DNA of 64,000 nt, from NCBI GenBank assembly GCA_026770705.1, contig JANJGN010000007.1, positions 96,844,001-96,908,000 on the forward strand, written 5' to 3'. Shown piece by piece: positions 12,913 to 26,604 of the stretch. The DNA comes from Isurus oxyrinchus. Lineage: Eukaryota. How positions within the stretch are numbered: position 1 is the stretch's first letter; each line of letters begins with the position of its first letter. The notes beneath the pieces are model-generated. The model was not told where the DNA came from, did not search any database, and saw only the letters and a list, made by a program, of their open reading frames with translations. The position numbers and the translations under genes are program-made.

Positions 12913-14827
12913 GGCGCAATGCCTCAGGCAGGCCTACTGGCCAATCATCATGCAGGCTGCCGGTTCCCCATTGGAACCGGCAGTCTGAGGCCGCCCGCCC
13001 CCACGACTGTTTTCCCCGTTTTCCGAGGGAATCGCTTACCTGCGCACCGGGCCTTAACTGGCCCGCTTGCGGAAAACGGAGGAGCGGCATTTGGCTGCCC
13101 GACCGCCGCCGAGTTGAACGAGCGTAAAATTTTGGCCACAGTGTGTGGTGAGAAACCCGTCCCAATTTTACTTGAAATTTACATTGCACCAATGCACATT
13201 CAGGCTTCACTGTAACGTTGAAAGATGCTGTGATCACTAAATGTGGCATTTCAACGGCATATGTCTTTTTATGAACAGTGAAATTCAGTGACATATTGGA
13301 AACGTTGTTTTCGGAAACGCTGTTACAGGCGTCACATGTGGCTTTTTATGAGAATCACAAGAAATCATGATCAAATCTAATCTTTGTCGTTGTTCCATAT
13401 CTTGTTTCGAATATTTGAGAATTGAACTGACTTCTAAATCTGGGGATGTTATTTATTTGTTGGAAACAAGTTCCAAAATTGAAATGCTTCCGCTGGCGCC
13501 TGGAAGGTGTAACCCATATGAAAAATAGATTCACGTTACACACATGAAATTGCCTGTATCTTTGAAAAACGTTAAATCATGTGTCATCCGAAGCTCTGTT
13601 TGAAAGACTCTGCGGAGATAGGCATATGAACTCCTGTCCACACGGACGCCAACCAAGTGGCGGCCACTGAGTGAAAAAATCCTGTCTGCTTTCGGCATCA
13701 CACAGATGATTACAATAAAGACACCTATGATTGAGGAGAACATATTTTTAATTTTGGAAAATAAAGCAAACTATATTGTTTCATGCGGAAAAAATGATAC
13801 TTAAAGGGTCCTATTTCAACATAATTCTGCATGGCATGACAGTTGCAATTTCATTTTCATTCTGTGGTTTGTTCCAAGAGTGATAAAATTGCTTTCTTGA
13901 GACATCTATCAAATTGAGTTTCTGTGGTTTCTCCATCATCATGTGCATATCCGTGGAAGTGAAATGTCCAAGTAATTAAATAATGAATTGAAGTAATCAT
14001 GAGCTATTGAACCCAAACTATTTGCTTTAGCCACTTAGTTTAAAGCATCATAAAGTGTAACTTTCAAAGCTGGTCTCCTTGTAATATCTCCACCTTCTGA
14101 AAACTTGAAATCTAATGCTTTCTTAGTTAAATTGCATTAATCGTGGACCTTAAATCAAAATTGGAAGGTTGTCGTGGAAGTTCCATCGATTTCCCAAAAT
14201 ATGAGTTTTTTTTCATGCCCATTCCTCTGCCTTATTTAAAGTACACCTGTGACAAGTTTGCAAAGCTTTGATTGAATTTTGAAAAACAAGCTTGCAGATC
14301 TAAACGCTTTCTTTTCAACTTAATCCACGGATAGAAGAATACTTCTCGTTAATAAATTAAATAAGATGCAAATATTTTATCACATGAAGGACGTATTTGT
14401 CAATATTGCCAACTCTTTGTAGATTACAGAACAAATCGCTTCCAGAAAAAATATAGTAAATAAATTTGAAGAAGATTGTTGTTGCGAATTTTACTGCTAT
14501 GGAGAACTCTGTTCTCGAATTGAAAATACACGATTGAAACTGTAAGTTTGGTGACATGAAATTCTGGACTTGAGGTTTTATACGTGTGTTTTTTTTTAGA
14601 ACTGAATTGGCCTTGCCTCGACGAAAGTGATGGAATGCAAACTGAGTAACTTAAAGCACTCGGCAGGCTACCTGGCCCTGGAACGTCCAAAGACATTCAG
14701 CCAGCCAATCTGTTTCGAAGTGGTGATGGATTCTGAGGAAGAGCAAGATAAATATCATAGTCCATTCCTCGGTGTCAACAATCCTCATGTATGCCCCAAC
14801 AAGGCAAATTATTGCAGAAAGGTGCGT

Positions 14828-17790
14828 AGGAACATACAATTTAAAACCGGGGTGGCCCACTCGACTCCTCGAAGCTGCTTTGCCCTTCAATAATATCATG
14901 GCCGATTTGAATGCAACCTCAACCCCATATTCCTGCCTACTTCCGATCACCGTTCATCTTCTGGTTAATAAAGAATCTAGCTCTGCCTTAAGAATATTCA
15001 AATGCTCTGCTTCCACCGGTTTTTAAGGAAATGAATTCCAAAGACTCATGAAGACCTGAGCGAAAAAAGAACCTCCCACATCTGCATTAAATGAGCGATC
15101 CCTGATATTTAAGCAGTGATGCCTAGTTGTAGATTCTCCTTCAAGTGGAATTGTGCTTTCACCATCCACCCAGTCAAGACCCCACGGGATCTGAAAGGTT
15201 TCAATCAAGTCGTTTCTTACTCTTCTGAACTCTAGTAGATACAAGCCTCGGCTGGCCAACTTATCCTGTTAAGAGAACCCGCTCTTTCCTTATATTAGTC
15301 TCGTAAATCTTCTCTGAAATGCTTCTAACACGTGCATTTCCATCTTTCCTTAAATAAGGAGACCAGTACTGTTCACAACACTCCAGATGTCACCAGTTCT
15401 CGATAGAAGTGGAGCATAACTTCCATGCATTTGCAATCAATTCCCCTCTCAATAAATAGTAACATGTGTTAACTTTCCTAATTAACTGCATCCCCCTTTG
15501 TGATTCAAGCACTAGGGCACCAAAATCTCCGTGAATCGCAGAAATCCGCAAACTCTAACAATTTTGCTAAGCAGCTTCTTTTTTATTCTTCCTGCCAAAA
15601 TTGACAATATCACATTTACCCACATTATTCTCAATTTACCAGCCGTTGTCCACTAATTCAACATATCTATGCCTGATTTTAGCCTTCTGATTTCCTCTCC
15701 AGAGTTTAATTTCCTACCTATCTTGGTGTAGTCAGCAGATTTAGCAAGCATTCCTTTGGTTCCTTCATCCAAGTCATTTATATATATATATATATATACA
15801 TATGTGTGTTATATTGTAAAAAAGACGGAGCCCCCAGAACCGGATCCCTTTGGAACACCACTTGTCCCATCCTGCCTAGCAGGAAAATATCCATTTACAC
15901 CTATTCTCTGCTTCCTTTTAGCTAGTCTTCTGTCCATGTCAATATGTTTCACCTTCCCTCATAGGCTTTTATTTCCTGCAATAACCTTTGATATGGAAAA
16001 TTTGATATTATCAAATGCCTTCTGGAAATGTAAGCGCAGTGTATCCATCGGTTCCTCTTTATCTACAGCACATGTGACTCATTCAAAGAACTCCAATAAA
16101 TTCATTAAACAATACTTCCCTTTAACAAAACCATGTTGACTGCGCCTGATTGCCTTGAATTTTTCTAAGTGCCCTGCTGTAATATCTTTAGTAATAGCAT
16201 CTAACATTTTCCCTATGACAGGTGTTAGTGTAACTGGCCTGAAATTTCCTATATCCTGTCTCCCTCCCTTTCTCAATAAGGGATAAACATTTGCTATCTT
16301 CCAATGTAACGGAACCTTTCCTGAATCCAGGAAATGATACACAATTAAAGCCAAAGCATGATCTATCTCCTAAGAGAATTCTTTCAGGACCTTGTGGTGA
16401 ACTCCACTTAGACCTGTGGATTCTTCAGCCGCAGCCGCAAAAATTTTCTCAATGCCACTTCCCTGGTGATTGTAATTTCTCCAGCTCGTCCCTTCCTTGC
16501 ATTTCCTAATTTACCATTATTTCCAGGACGTTGTTTGTGTCCTCTATACTGAAGACCGAAGCTAGACATCCATTCAATTCATCTGCCTTCCCCCTACTTT
16601 CAAATACACTTTCCTGAGAGACACTGTTTATAGGAACAATGTTCATTTTGTCAACTCCTTTCTTATTAAAATATCTATAGAAATACTTACTTCCCATCTT
16701 TGTATTTCTAGCTAACTTTCTCTTGTGCTATTATTTTCCCTCCTTATAACAACTTTTTTCATTGTTTGCTGTTATTCATGCTCTTCCCACTCTTCTGACC
16801 CGCCATCAACCTTTGCGTAATTATATGATTTTTTTCATTAATCTTAAAACTATCTTTAACATTTTTAGTTAACCACGGATAGTGGTATCTCATATTGAAA
16901 TTTTTCATTCTCACTTAAATGCATCTATTCAGTGTATTCTGAAATGCCCCTTCAAATGTCTGCCACCGCATCTGTATTGACCTACCCCCCAAACCTCACT
17001 GGCCAGTTCACTTCAGCTAGACCAGCTTTCATGCCCTCATAATCGCCCTTATTTAAGTTTAAAATACTATTCTTGGGTGCACTCGTGTCTCCCTCAAAAT
17101 GAATATACATTTCTATCGTATTATGTTCACTGCTACATAGTGTTGTCTTCCCTATGAGGTTATACATTCATCCTATCTCGTTTCCCTATACCAGTTCTAG
17201 CATCATCTGTTCTCTGGTTGGCTACAAGACGTGCTCTACCACGGACATATCGCCAAAACATTCTATGAAATCCTCATATAAGCTATTTTTTGCCCATCAG
17301 AATTTTACAGATGAATTACAGTAGATTAAAACAGCCATGGTTTGCTTTATATTTCTGACACGCTCCCATGATCTAATCTTGCAAACTCTGCCCAGCCGTG
17401 TAGCTACAACTAGGGGGCCTGTACACTATACATACACGTGACTTCTTGTCTTTACCATTTCTTACCTCAACCCAAACCGCTCTAGGTCCTGGTTTCCTGA
17501 ACTTAGTATATATCTCTCTAATATGTTAATATCGTCATTAACAAAGCGCCCCCTCCACCCCCCCTCCCCCGCACCCCCCTCCGCCCCCTGCAATCCAAAC
17601 TCCTTGACCTTCCTGAATGTCACATATCCTTCAATATTCAGCTCCAAATCTATGTTATTCTGTAGCCATGCCTCTGTAATGGTTATCAGATCATACTTAT
17701 GTATTTCTATTTATGCTCTCAATACACCAGTTTTGTTTCAAACACTACGTGTATTTAGATACAGATGATAGTTTTGTCCCTTTAAGATGA
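14828..17790 (-). mobile_element. CR1 LINE ORF2 (APE+RT) with internal deletion, decayed
   Basis: LYLNTRSV, ELNIEGYVTFRK, WKIANVYPLLRKGGRQDIGNFRPVTLT, QHGFVKGKYCLMNLLEFFE, RNDLIETFQI. Confidence 0.9.
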
Positions 17791-17915
17791 GATTTAATAT
17801 CAGATACATGTCTGTATCCGAGCCTGGAGAGTGGAAGACGAACAATCCACAGATATTGCAAAGGCCCGAAATAGAATCTCTTGGACCATTCATTAATAAA
17901 CCCCAGAAGAAATTT

Positions 17916-18687
17916 GGAGCAGAATTTTGCATTCACCTCCAGCCGGGTTGAAGGGTTGGTGATGTAATGGCCTTAAAATTCTTGGGATGGCCTCCCCACT
18001 GGGCTCTCTCCCACCTCGAAGTGTCTGCAATTTTACCAAGAGTCGGGAAAGCATAGGCCGCTCTTCCCCCGCATATCGCCCCACAACCGACCCCCTCTAA
18101 CTGCATCCCTGCGTCATTTGAGACCCTTAAGAGGCCATTTAATGAAAATACACTTCTTGCACACCCTCAATTTTCAGCTAGGTTTGTGGAGTTCAGGAAC
18201 AGGGGGGAACGCAATTGTTACCCCTTCTCAGGAGGCAAGCAGACATTATGGGGGGCTGGTGTGTGGATGAGAGGCAGCCTCTTTTAAACTCCCCCTTAAA
18301 ATATTGGGCCCCTGAGGGTGCTTCCCCGCCCCCTGGCCGCTCTGACGACATTCGATCACCCAGCCCTCCCCCTGGCCCCCCGCCTCTTCACCCTGAGAAC
18401 CAAATGACTCCCAGGAATTAGCCTTTGAGAATTGTTTACACTCCTAGTTCTTTTCACTACAGATTCGAGTGCTGATACGACTATAGACCTGCTGGCCAAT
18501 CGGAAATGGCTGGCAGCTCACTGAAGCTTGACATCTTTCCTAGTGAGCTGCGAAATTCCCATCCATAGTCATTAGCGCTCGCTCGACTGCTAAATGGCTG
18601 CAGAACAGCCAGTAACGGTGGCAATGTGTTCGGCACCTTGTCCTCAGAAGGCTGGATGGGAAGCGCCTCCATCCAAACAATCCTGGC
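17916..18687. mobile_element. Harbinger-type MITE
   Basis: Termini GGAGCAGAATTTTGC...AAACAATCCTGGCC resemble the other Harbinger TIRs; GC-rich non-coding interior. Confidence 0.5.
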
Positions 18688-19255
18688 CATAGAGCCACTA
18701 CATAGGGCTGCGTTTGCACTTCTCCTTGGAGGAGGCATGCACTTCACAGTGCACTGACGTCTTGTAAAGCAAAGTGTCAGCTTTTACAACCTGCAAGTAG
18801 TGAATTCATTCAGGCAGCCTGAAGTGGGTAGCCCAATGACATGCCATCCGCCGCCTGCACATCGTCTTGAGTTTATGTAAACATCTTTTGAAATACTGGT
18901 GGTATCAGGGATAAATCCGTACATTTGTTCAATGAGTACATCAAGTTTTTTGAGCCTTCATTCAACGTCGCATGCCTTATTTTTCATTCTGACGTGCTCA
19001 GTTAGGAATTACATTACACGTAATGGAGAAATCAACTCACAATGGCATGGACAAGAAATATACCAAGACAAAGAATTGATATGGATTATGAATGATAATT
19101 GCGTGACTCGTAACGGTATGTCTGAGTAAGGGCAGTTGACGGCATGTTTGGATGTTGGTGAATAGGCATACAACACAAAAAACGCTTGTGGACAATGAAG
19201 GAACTGAGACTAATATCTCAAGTGTCTCGACGAGAAGCAATGCAAGGAGTAGAAG

Positions 19256-19828
19256 CATAGAAAAATAGAACATATGACCAGGAGTAGGCTATTCGGCCAT
19301 TCGACCGTGCTCCACCATTCATTATGATTATGGCTGATCATCTAACTCAGTAGCCTGTTTTCTCGCCATATCCTTTGATCCCTTTGGTCCCAAGAGCTAT
19401 ATCTAACTTCTTCTTGAAAACATACAATGTTTTGGCCTCAACAACTTTCTGTGTAGCGAATTTCACAGGCTCACCATCATTGCGTGAAGACATTTATCAT
19501 CGTCTCAGTTCTAAATGGTCGATCCCGTATCCTCAGACTGTGACCCCCTTGTTCTGGACGTCCCCACCATCGGGAATATCATTGCTGCATCTACCCTGTC
19601 TAGTTAGAATGTTATGGTTTTCTATGAGACCACCCCTCATTCTTCTGAACTCCAGCGAATATAATGCCAACCGACACAATCTCCTCTCATATGTCAATCA
19701 CACCATCGCAGGAATCAGTCTGAAAAACCCCCACTGCACTCCTCTATAGCAAGAACTTCCTCAGATAAGGAGACCAAACCTGCATGCGGTATTCCAAGTG
19801 TGGTCTCACCAAGACATTTTATAATTGT
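19256..19828 (-). mobile_element. CR1 LINE 3' fragment
   Basis: Starts CATAGAAAAATAGAACATATGACCAGGAGTAGGC (reverse complement of a CR1 3' tail); ORF2 C-terminal sequence follows. Confidence 0.85.
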
Positions 19829-20639
19829 AGCAAGACACCCCAGCTCCTATATTCGAATCCTATTGCTCTGAAAGCCAACATACCATTGGAAATGTAACTC
19901 GAGACGAAGTAAAGCATAATGGGTGGGAAATTTAAAAGCAGGAATGCAGAGTCTAAAGCAGTCAGGTAAGAATGTCAGTGGAAGTGGTGAAGGAAAGAGA
20001 ATGATATACATGCTTGATTAAGGAGAAGTATGGGTAGGATTAGTAATTCAGAACAATTTGTCCAGATTCCCTTCACACATATTCCGATTGGAGAAAGCAC
20101 GAACAGGAAATGCAGTGGTTGAATCGCCTGCTCACTGGTAAAAGAACTGATGACGTCTTTAGGTTTGGTGAGGCTCCATCAGGTGCGGGGTGAATAAAAC
20201 ATGGACAGCAAAGCATTATTGTTCCTGAAATAATCCATCATGTATTCTGCTAACAAGTCATACAGTTAAGGTTTTCGTTCTGAGATTTCATTTTTCAAAG
20301 TAGAGGATTCTATTTTTGGGGTGGGGGTGTGGGGTGGGGTGGGGGGTGGGAGCGGGGCGGTGGGATTAATGCCCTTGTGACGTTAGAATCACAGCATCAG
20401 GGGCACAATGGTAACACATGTAAGCAAGATAACGCAGAAGCTTTGTTATATAAAATGTAGGACCAAGCTGGGGGAAATTGGTAGTTTAAAGGTAGCCTAT
20501 CAAGGAGCCTGGGCATGCGGCGGTGGGTGGATGTGGGGTGAGTTCTTATTCCAGGTAGATGAAGATAATTAAATTGCGAATTGGTGGGTGATTTTGATAG
20601 TGATGTGAAGGGAGAAGGATTTTTAAATTCGAGTCAAAT

Positions 20640-21745
20640 ACGCTGGTAACAAAAAATCTCCCAATCAACATGTCAAAGATTTCAAGACAGCAGGTGGGCA
20701 ATTCCAGTGCACCCGCAGTGCTGTTGTGGAAGGAGAAAAGAATGTTGGCCCACTAACAGGGAAGATATCATGATATAGTTCCAAGTGAGGACGGTTTGTT
20801 TCTTTGAGTGTAGCATGCAGGTGGCTATGTTCCCATACATTTGCTCTCTGTGTTGCTTTAGCTCATGATGGTCATGGGTTCAGAAGGTACGATCTAATAA
20901 CTGTTGGTGAAGTCCTGTAGTGCATCTTGATGATGGAACACAATGCTGCCGCTGTGCGTTGGTGGTGGAGGGAGTGATTGTTGAGGTTGGTGGATGGGGT
21001 GCCTTTCAGGTGAACTGCTTCCTCCTGGGTGGTCCAGAGATACTTCGGCATCTTTGGAACTGCATTCGCCCAGGCATTTGGATAGTATTCCAACATAGTC
21101 CTGACTTGTGCCTTGCAGATGGTGGATAGAATTTGGGGAATCACGATGCGAGTTAACATGCGCAAAATTTACAGAAACTGGCCTTGTTTTGAAGCTAGCC
21201 ATGCATTTGGCTGGTTCAATCCAGTTTATGGTTAATGGCACCGGCCAGAATGCAGTTCTTGGGGGATTAGGCAATGGTAATGTCTTCAAATTCCAAGGGG
21301 AGATGGCTAGAATCTCTTTTGATGGATATAGTCATTGCTTGGCACTTGTGGCGTGGTTGCCTCTTTCAGCATATCACTCGAAGCCTGAAAATTGCCCAGC
21401 TCTCTCTACATATGGACTTTGAATTCTTCATTATATGAGGACTCACGAATGGTGCTTTACATTGCACACTCATCTGCAATACTGACTTTACGAGGAAGGG
21501 AGGTCATTGATGAAGCAACTGCAAATAATGGGCCTGAGCGCAATGCCCTGAAAAATTCCTGCAGTGCTGTAGTGTGACTGAGATGATTGACCTCCAGAAA
21601 ACACAGCCATTTCCCTCTGTCATGGGTATGAATAGAAGCAATGGAAATTCCATCCCCTCCCCCCGCCCTTTACTATTGACTTCTGTTTTGCTAGGGTTCC
21701 TTGACTTCATATTTAGTCAAATTCTGCTTTGATATTATGAGGCCG
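20640..21745 (-). mobile_element. Non-LTR LINE fragment (CR1/L2-group), same family as 22870-26546 and 55890-56900
   Basis: ICKAQVRTMLEYYPNAW...HSLHHQRTAAALCSIIKMH (ORF 20872-21165). Confidence 0.8.
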
Positions 21746-22869
21746 ATCCAGTCTTCTGCACGATATTCGTTGCAAATGCCGCGTAGCGGTTATTCATGAT
21801 ATCTCCAGTAATATCTAGATCCTTGTTAGGCCCATTAGCTGTCGGTTTAAAATGATTTAGTTTCAACTGAATCTTCCCCAATTCTCGGAAGCGTTCATGT
21901 GAGATAATAATGCATTCTGACATCCTTTAGATTTTGACTCAACTGCTGATTCGTGCTCAGCAATAATGATTTAAACTGTCTCTTCATTATTTCTTTGCGC
22001 CCCAAAACTCGCAGCATCTAATCCGTTAATTCTTCTAATCCTGCCCTGATGCCAATTCCTAGACATTTTGTGAACCACACCTTTCTTTTCGATGTAAACC
22101 AATTGTCCTTATGTCACCTATCTTTCTCAGTCCTGGGGACCTTCTTTTATTGTTGTTTTTCGAACAATTAATTCAATATGTGCCAACCCATTGTGCCTCT
22201 GACTTGAAAGGAACTCCCGTCACGCAATACAGTTTATAGATTCAAGTTTGTGTTTAGTTCAAGTTCTGCTACTCAGAGTGGAAATATTTAGTTAGTGCAT
22301 TTCATATGCAGTCATAAAATCACAAGAGTCACATAACAGCTACAGCACAGAAGCAGGTTATTCAACCCATCGTATCTACACAGGTTCCTGAAGGACCAAT
22401 TTACCTACTACAACTGCTGACCTTCTCACACTTTGCCTACACATTGTTCCTTTTTAAATAATAATTCAATTTCTTCTCACATCCATCGAATGAACCGACC
22501 TTCACCACATGCTCAGGCATGTTCGGATCCCAAACATTCGCTGCACGGAATAATATTACCTCATACCACATCTTTTCCCTTATATCTGTGCCCTCTTCTC
22601 GTCCGTCATTTCATCAATGGGAGCAGTTTTTTGTTACTTACTCTGTCGAGCAAGCTCGGAATTTCATATACTTCAATGAAGTACCGCCTCGATCTTGTCT
22701 TAATCAAAGAAAACAATCTAAATCTTCCCAATGAGTCTGCATAACAAAAGTTACTCATCGTGGAACGATTTTCGTGAATCTTTTCTGCATTCTGTCAATT
22801 GCCTGTACATCGTTCCTAAAGTCCAGAGCCGAGAAAGCTATGCAAAGTCAAGCTGAGCACGGAGCAGAA

Positions 22870-25800
22870 TTTTATTTTAATTCATTCATGGGATCTGAGC
22901 TTCGCTCCCTAGGCCAGCATTTATTACCCTTCCCTTATGTACCTTGGGACGGTGGCGGCGAGTTGACTTTTAAACCGCTGCAGCCCATGTGGTGTCCGTA
23001 CATCCACAGTGCTTTTCAGGCTGAAGTTTTGTGATTTTAACGCAACGGCTGTGAAGGAGCAGCGAAATATTTCCAAGGCAGGAAGTTAATGGTTTGGATG
23101 GAGATCTTGCGGCATGTCAAGGGGTGAATATTAGATCCTGTCTTGTTGGAGATGGTTATTTTCTGGCACTTGTCTGGCACGAATGTAACTTGCCACTTGT
23201 CAGCCCAAGCCTGTAGGTTGTATACGTCTTGCTGTATTTAGGCATTGACTGCTTTCTGTCATGAAGATGTAATCATTTTCATAGCGTTATGGGAATGTAT
23301 TGTAAAGCAGTGTAATAGTGGGGAATGTATCTATGGGTCTGTGTGTGTGTGTGTGTATGTGTGGGAGTGAAATGAATTAAAGGCAGCTGGTCTGCAGGCT
23401 TTGATGCAGCAGAGGATTATCTAGGTTTGCAAAGTTAATTTGGTCAACATCAGGGAAGTTTTAGAAACATAGATGTAAAGGGGATATTTGCATTTGAAAT
23501 AAAAATGACTAGATTTAGTCCAAAAGAGGGAGTGAAATGTTAGGGGTAGCCAGAGAAACTTAACAAACAGTGTGTTTATTTTTCTCAATGATTTCTGGTA
23601 ATGCTGGTGCTGTGACAGATGTTATTAGTATAGAGGTAAAAGTCCAAGGACATAGTGAAACAATAGGAATTTGCATTCAAAGCGGAAAATATGTATACAG
23701 GAGAGAAGGCTGTGTGTAAGGGAAGATATTCTAGGATGTAGAAAGTGTGAAAAGCCTTCAGTCTCTAAGTCTCAACTTGCTGTCTACAAGGACCCGAAGC
23801 TGAGAAATGACTCACTTTGAAGTCGACTGTTCAGGTTATCCTGTAACTTTGCTGGGCCTTTTAAAATCTATTCACTTTACGGTTGCCTTAACAGAGGTGT
23901 AACTGGAGTAAGGTTAATTAATTGTTTTAGAAGTTGTTATAGTAGTAATTTGTAGACATAAATACGTGTTTGAAATCATTTTCCTATTAATAAATGTTTA
24001 ATCTAGCTTTGTAAAAACCTATAAGGCTCGGTGGCCTTATTACTACTGAATCCAAAGCCTGCATCTCCAAACATTCAAATTCAAACAAATAGTTATGATT
24101 GCTGTCTCAAGTTTCCCTCTGGGATTTGAACAATTCAGCATTTACCAACGGTGGTGCCATAAAATTCCATGTCGGAGGAGTTGCGAATGATGCTGAACAT
24201 TGTGCAACACTGCTGAAGCAGCTGAGGATGGTTGGGCCTCGGACACTACCCTAAAAAAACTCGTGCTGTGTAGTCTTGGTACGGGAAAAAATGCAATCAT
24301 CTTTCTTTCTGCTAGGTATGACCACAAACAGCGGATTTCCACCACACCTCTCCCCCCACCACCCCCCACCACCCCGATTGCCATTGACACTTGTTTTACT
24401 GGTGGTCCTGAAAAACATTCAGTCAAATGCTGCCCTCATGTTAAGGGCAGTTACTTTCACCTCACTTCTGGAGTTCAGCTCTTTTGTCCATGTTTAAACC
24501 AAGGTTGTAATGAGGTCAGGAGCAGCGTGGCCCTGGTGAAACCTAAGCTGTACGTCAGTGAGTAGATTATTGCTTAGCAAATGCCACTTGATAACCCTGT
24601 TGATAAACCCTTCCATCACTTTACTGATGATAGAGAGTAGACGATTGGAGTGGTAAGTGCCGGGGTTGGATTTGTCTTTTTTGTGCACAGGACTTACCCG
24701 GGCAAGTTCCTACATTGTTGGGTAGATGCCACTTTTGCAGCTAGACTGTAACAGCATGTGTTTGGCTGCAGCAAATTCTGGAGCACACGACTTCAGTAGC
24801 ATTGTTGGGTTATCGTCAGGGCCCGTAGCCTTTCCAGTATTCAATGCCTTTAGCCATTTCTTAATATCACGTGGAGTGAATCAAATCAGCTGAGGACTGG
24901 CACGTGTAATGCTGGAGACCAATGAAGGAGAACAAGATGGACCATTCACTCGGCACTGATCTTTTGCACTGACATGCTGTTCTTCCTCATCATTGAGGAT
25001 GGGGACATCTGTGGAGCCTCGGCCTCAAGTGTGTTTTTAAATTACCCAATACGATTCATGACTGGATGTGGCAGGACTGCAGAGTTTAGATTTGATTTGT
25101 TGGGGGGAATCACATCATACTCTCTATCACTTGATCCTTATGATATTTGGCATGGAAATAGTCCTGTGTTGTAGTTTCAACACAAATGGTTGCCACCTCA
25201 TTTTTAGTAAGCCTGTTGCTTCTACTTACATGCATTCCCGCACTCTTTGTTGAACCATGGTCGAACACCTGGCTGGGTGGGAATGTCACAGTGGCTGATA
25301 TGCTTGGACATGAGGTTATCGATTGTGGCTGAGTACAATTCTGCTGCTGCCGGTGCCCTCGGCACCTTATAGCTTCCCAGTCTTGAGTTCTTCAATCTAT
25401 TTGAAATTTACCCCACTTAACATGGTCGTTTCGCTACACACACGATGGAGTGTATTCTGAACGTGAAGAAGGGACCTCTCCTCCACAAGGACTGTGTGGT
25501 GGTCACTCTTACTGATACTGTCATGGACAGATGTAGCAGAGATGGGCAGGTGGGTAGAAAGATGAACTCAGGATTTTTCCCCTCTTGATGGTTCCTTCAC
25601 CACCTGCCACAAACCGAGTTTAGCAGTAATGTCCCTTAGGAGTCGCCAGGTTGGTCAGTAGTGGGGGTACAAGTCAGTCTTAGTTATGGAGAATGAATTA
25701 AGCCACCCACCATACATTATGCACCCGCCTCACCCTCAGTGCTTTGTCCATGTGGTATACAAAATTTCGTAGTACTGATTCATCAGTACAGTTTGTGTGT

Positions 25801-26546
25801 GGCGGGGGGGGGGGGGGGGGGGGGGGGGGGAGGGTGGGGGTGGGGGTGTGGTGGGGACTGGGGAGGGCGGTAGTGGCAATCCGTGATAATCAGCAGGAGG
25901 TTTCCTTGCCCATGTCAGAACCCCTGCCATGGGATTTGATGCAGTCCAGAGTCGAGGTTAAGGACTCCCAGGCAACTGTCCCCTCTCGCCACCTCTATAC
26001 CTGTGCTGCCACTTCTTCCCTGCCAGTGCAATTTCTGCATGTTAAGATTCCTTAGAGTATGAATATGTCAGGTTGTTGTTTGATTAACATATGAGACAGC
26101 TCTCCATTCTCAATGTTGGCACAAGCCCCCAGGTGTGAGTATGGGCTGCCCTGCAGGGTCGACAGGGCAGAGTTTTTGTTGCCAATGCAGGACACCCTGT
26201 CCTGTTTCATTATGTTTACGTTCTTTCGGAGCTTGATACATCTGAGTGGTTTATTAGTCAATTTCAGGAGGTCGTTAAGAGTCAACCACATTGCTGTGGG
26301 TCTAGAGTAATATGTAGGCCGGACCAGGTGACAAGTTTTCTTTCTCCTAGCGCATTAGTGAACCCAATGGGATTTCAGGACAACCAACAAGATTTGGTAG
26401 TCAGCATTAGACCTCCAATTCCAGAGTTTTATCGAACTCAAATTCTACCATTTTCCATGGTGGGAATCGACCCAGGCTTCAGACAGAGTTGCATTGGTCC
26501 TTTGGAATCTTAGTTCAGTGGCAGTACTAAAATGCAGCCGACTCCC
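22870..26546 (-). mobile_element. LINE (APE+RT) with a tRNA-derived SINE-like 5' head, internally deleted, interrupted by a solo LTR
   Basis: 3' tail at ~22870-22940; RT region HKKDKSNPGTYHSNRLLSIISKVMEG (24494-24688); APE start GELSHMLIKQQPDIFIL (26052-26110); head 26250-26546 with B-box-like GGGTCGATTCCC. Confidence 0.8.
23257..24164 (+). mobile_element. Solo LTR inserted in a LINE
   Basis: TGTCATG...CATAAAA termini, (TG)n near the 5' end, AATAAA near 23988; LINE sequence resumes on both sides. Confidence 0.65.
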
Positions 26547-26604
26547 AAGAAGTGTTATACACAAACTTAGCGTTTGCATCAATCCGTGAACAAGCCCAAA
26601 TGTT

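Noticed and set aside
13137-13175. CACAGTG heptamers (also ~664, ~3734, ~58506) as V(D)J recombination signals
   Set aside because: No ACAAAAACC-like nonamer at 12 or 23 bp, none abut the V exon, and that exon already includes its G strand.
12516-13294. Overlapping Pro/Arg-rich ORFs
   Set aside because: By-products of GC-rich repeats and the Harbinger subterminal region.
25802-25860. Long poly-G tracts (also ~4462, ~12390, ~20317, ~47260, ~53872) as functional elements
   Set aside because: Mostly within or beside decayed repeats; homopolymer lengths are unreliable and nothing else supports function.
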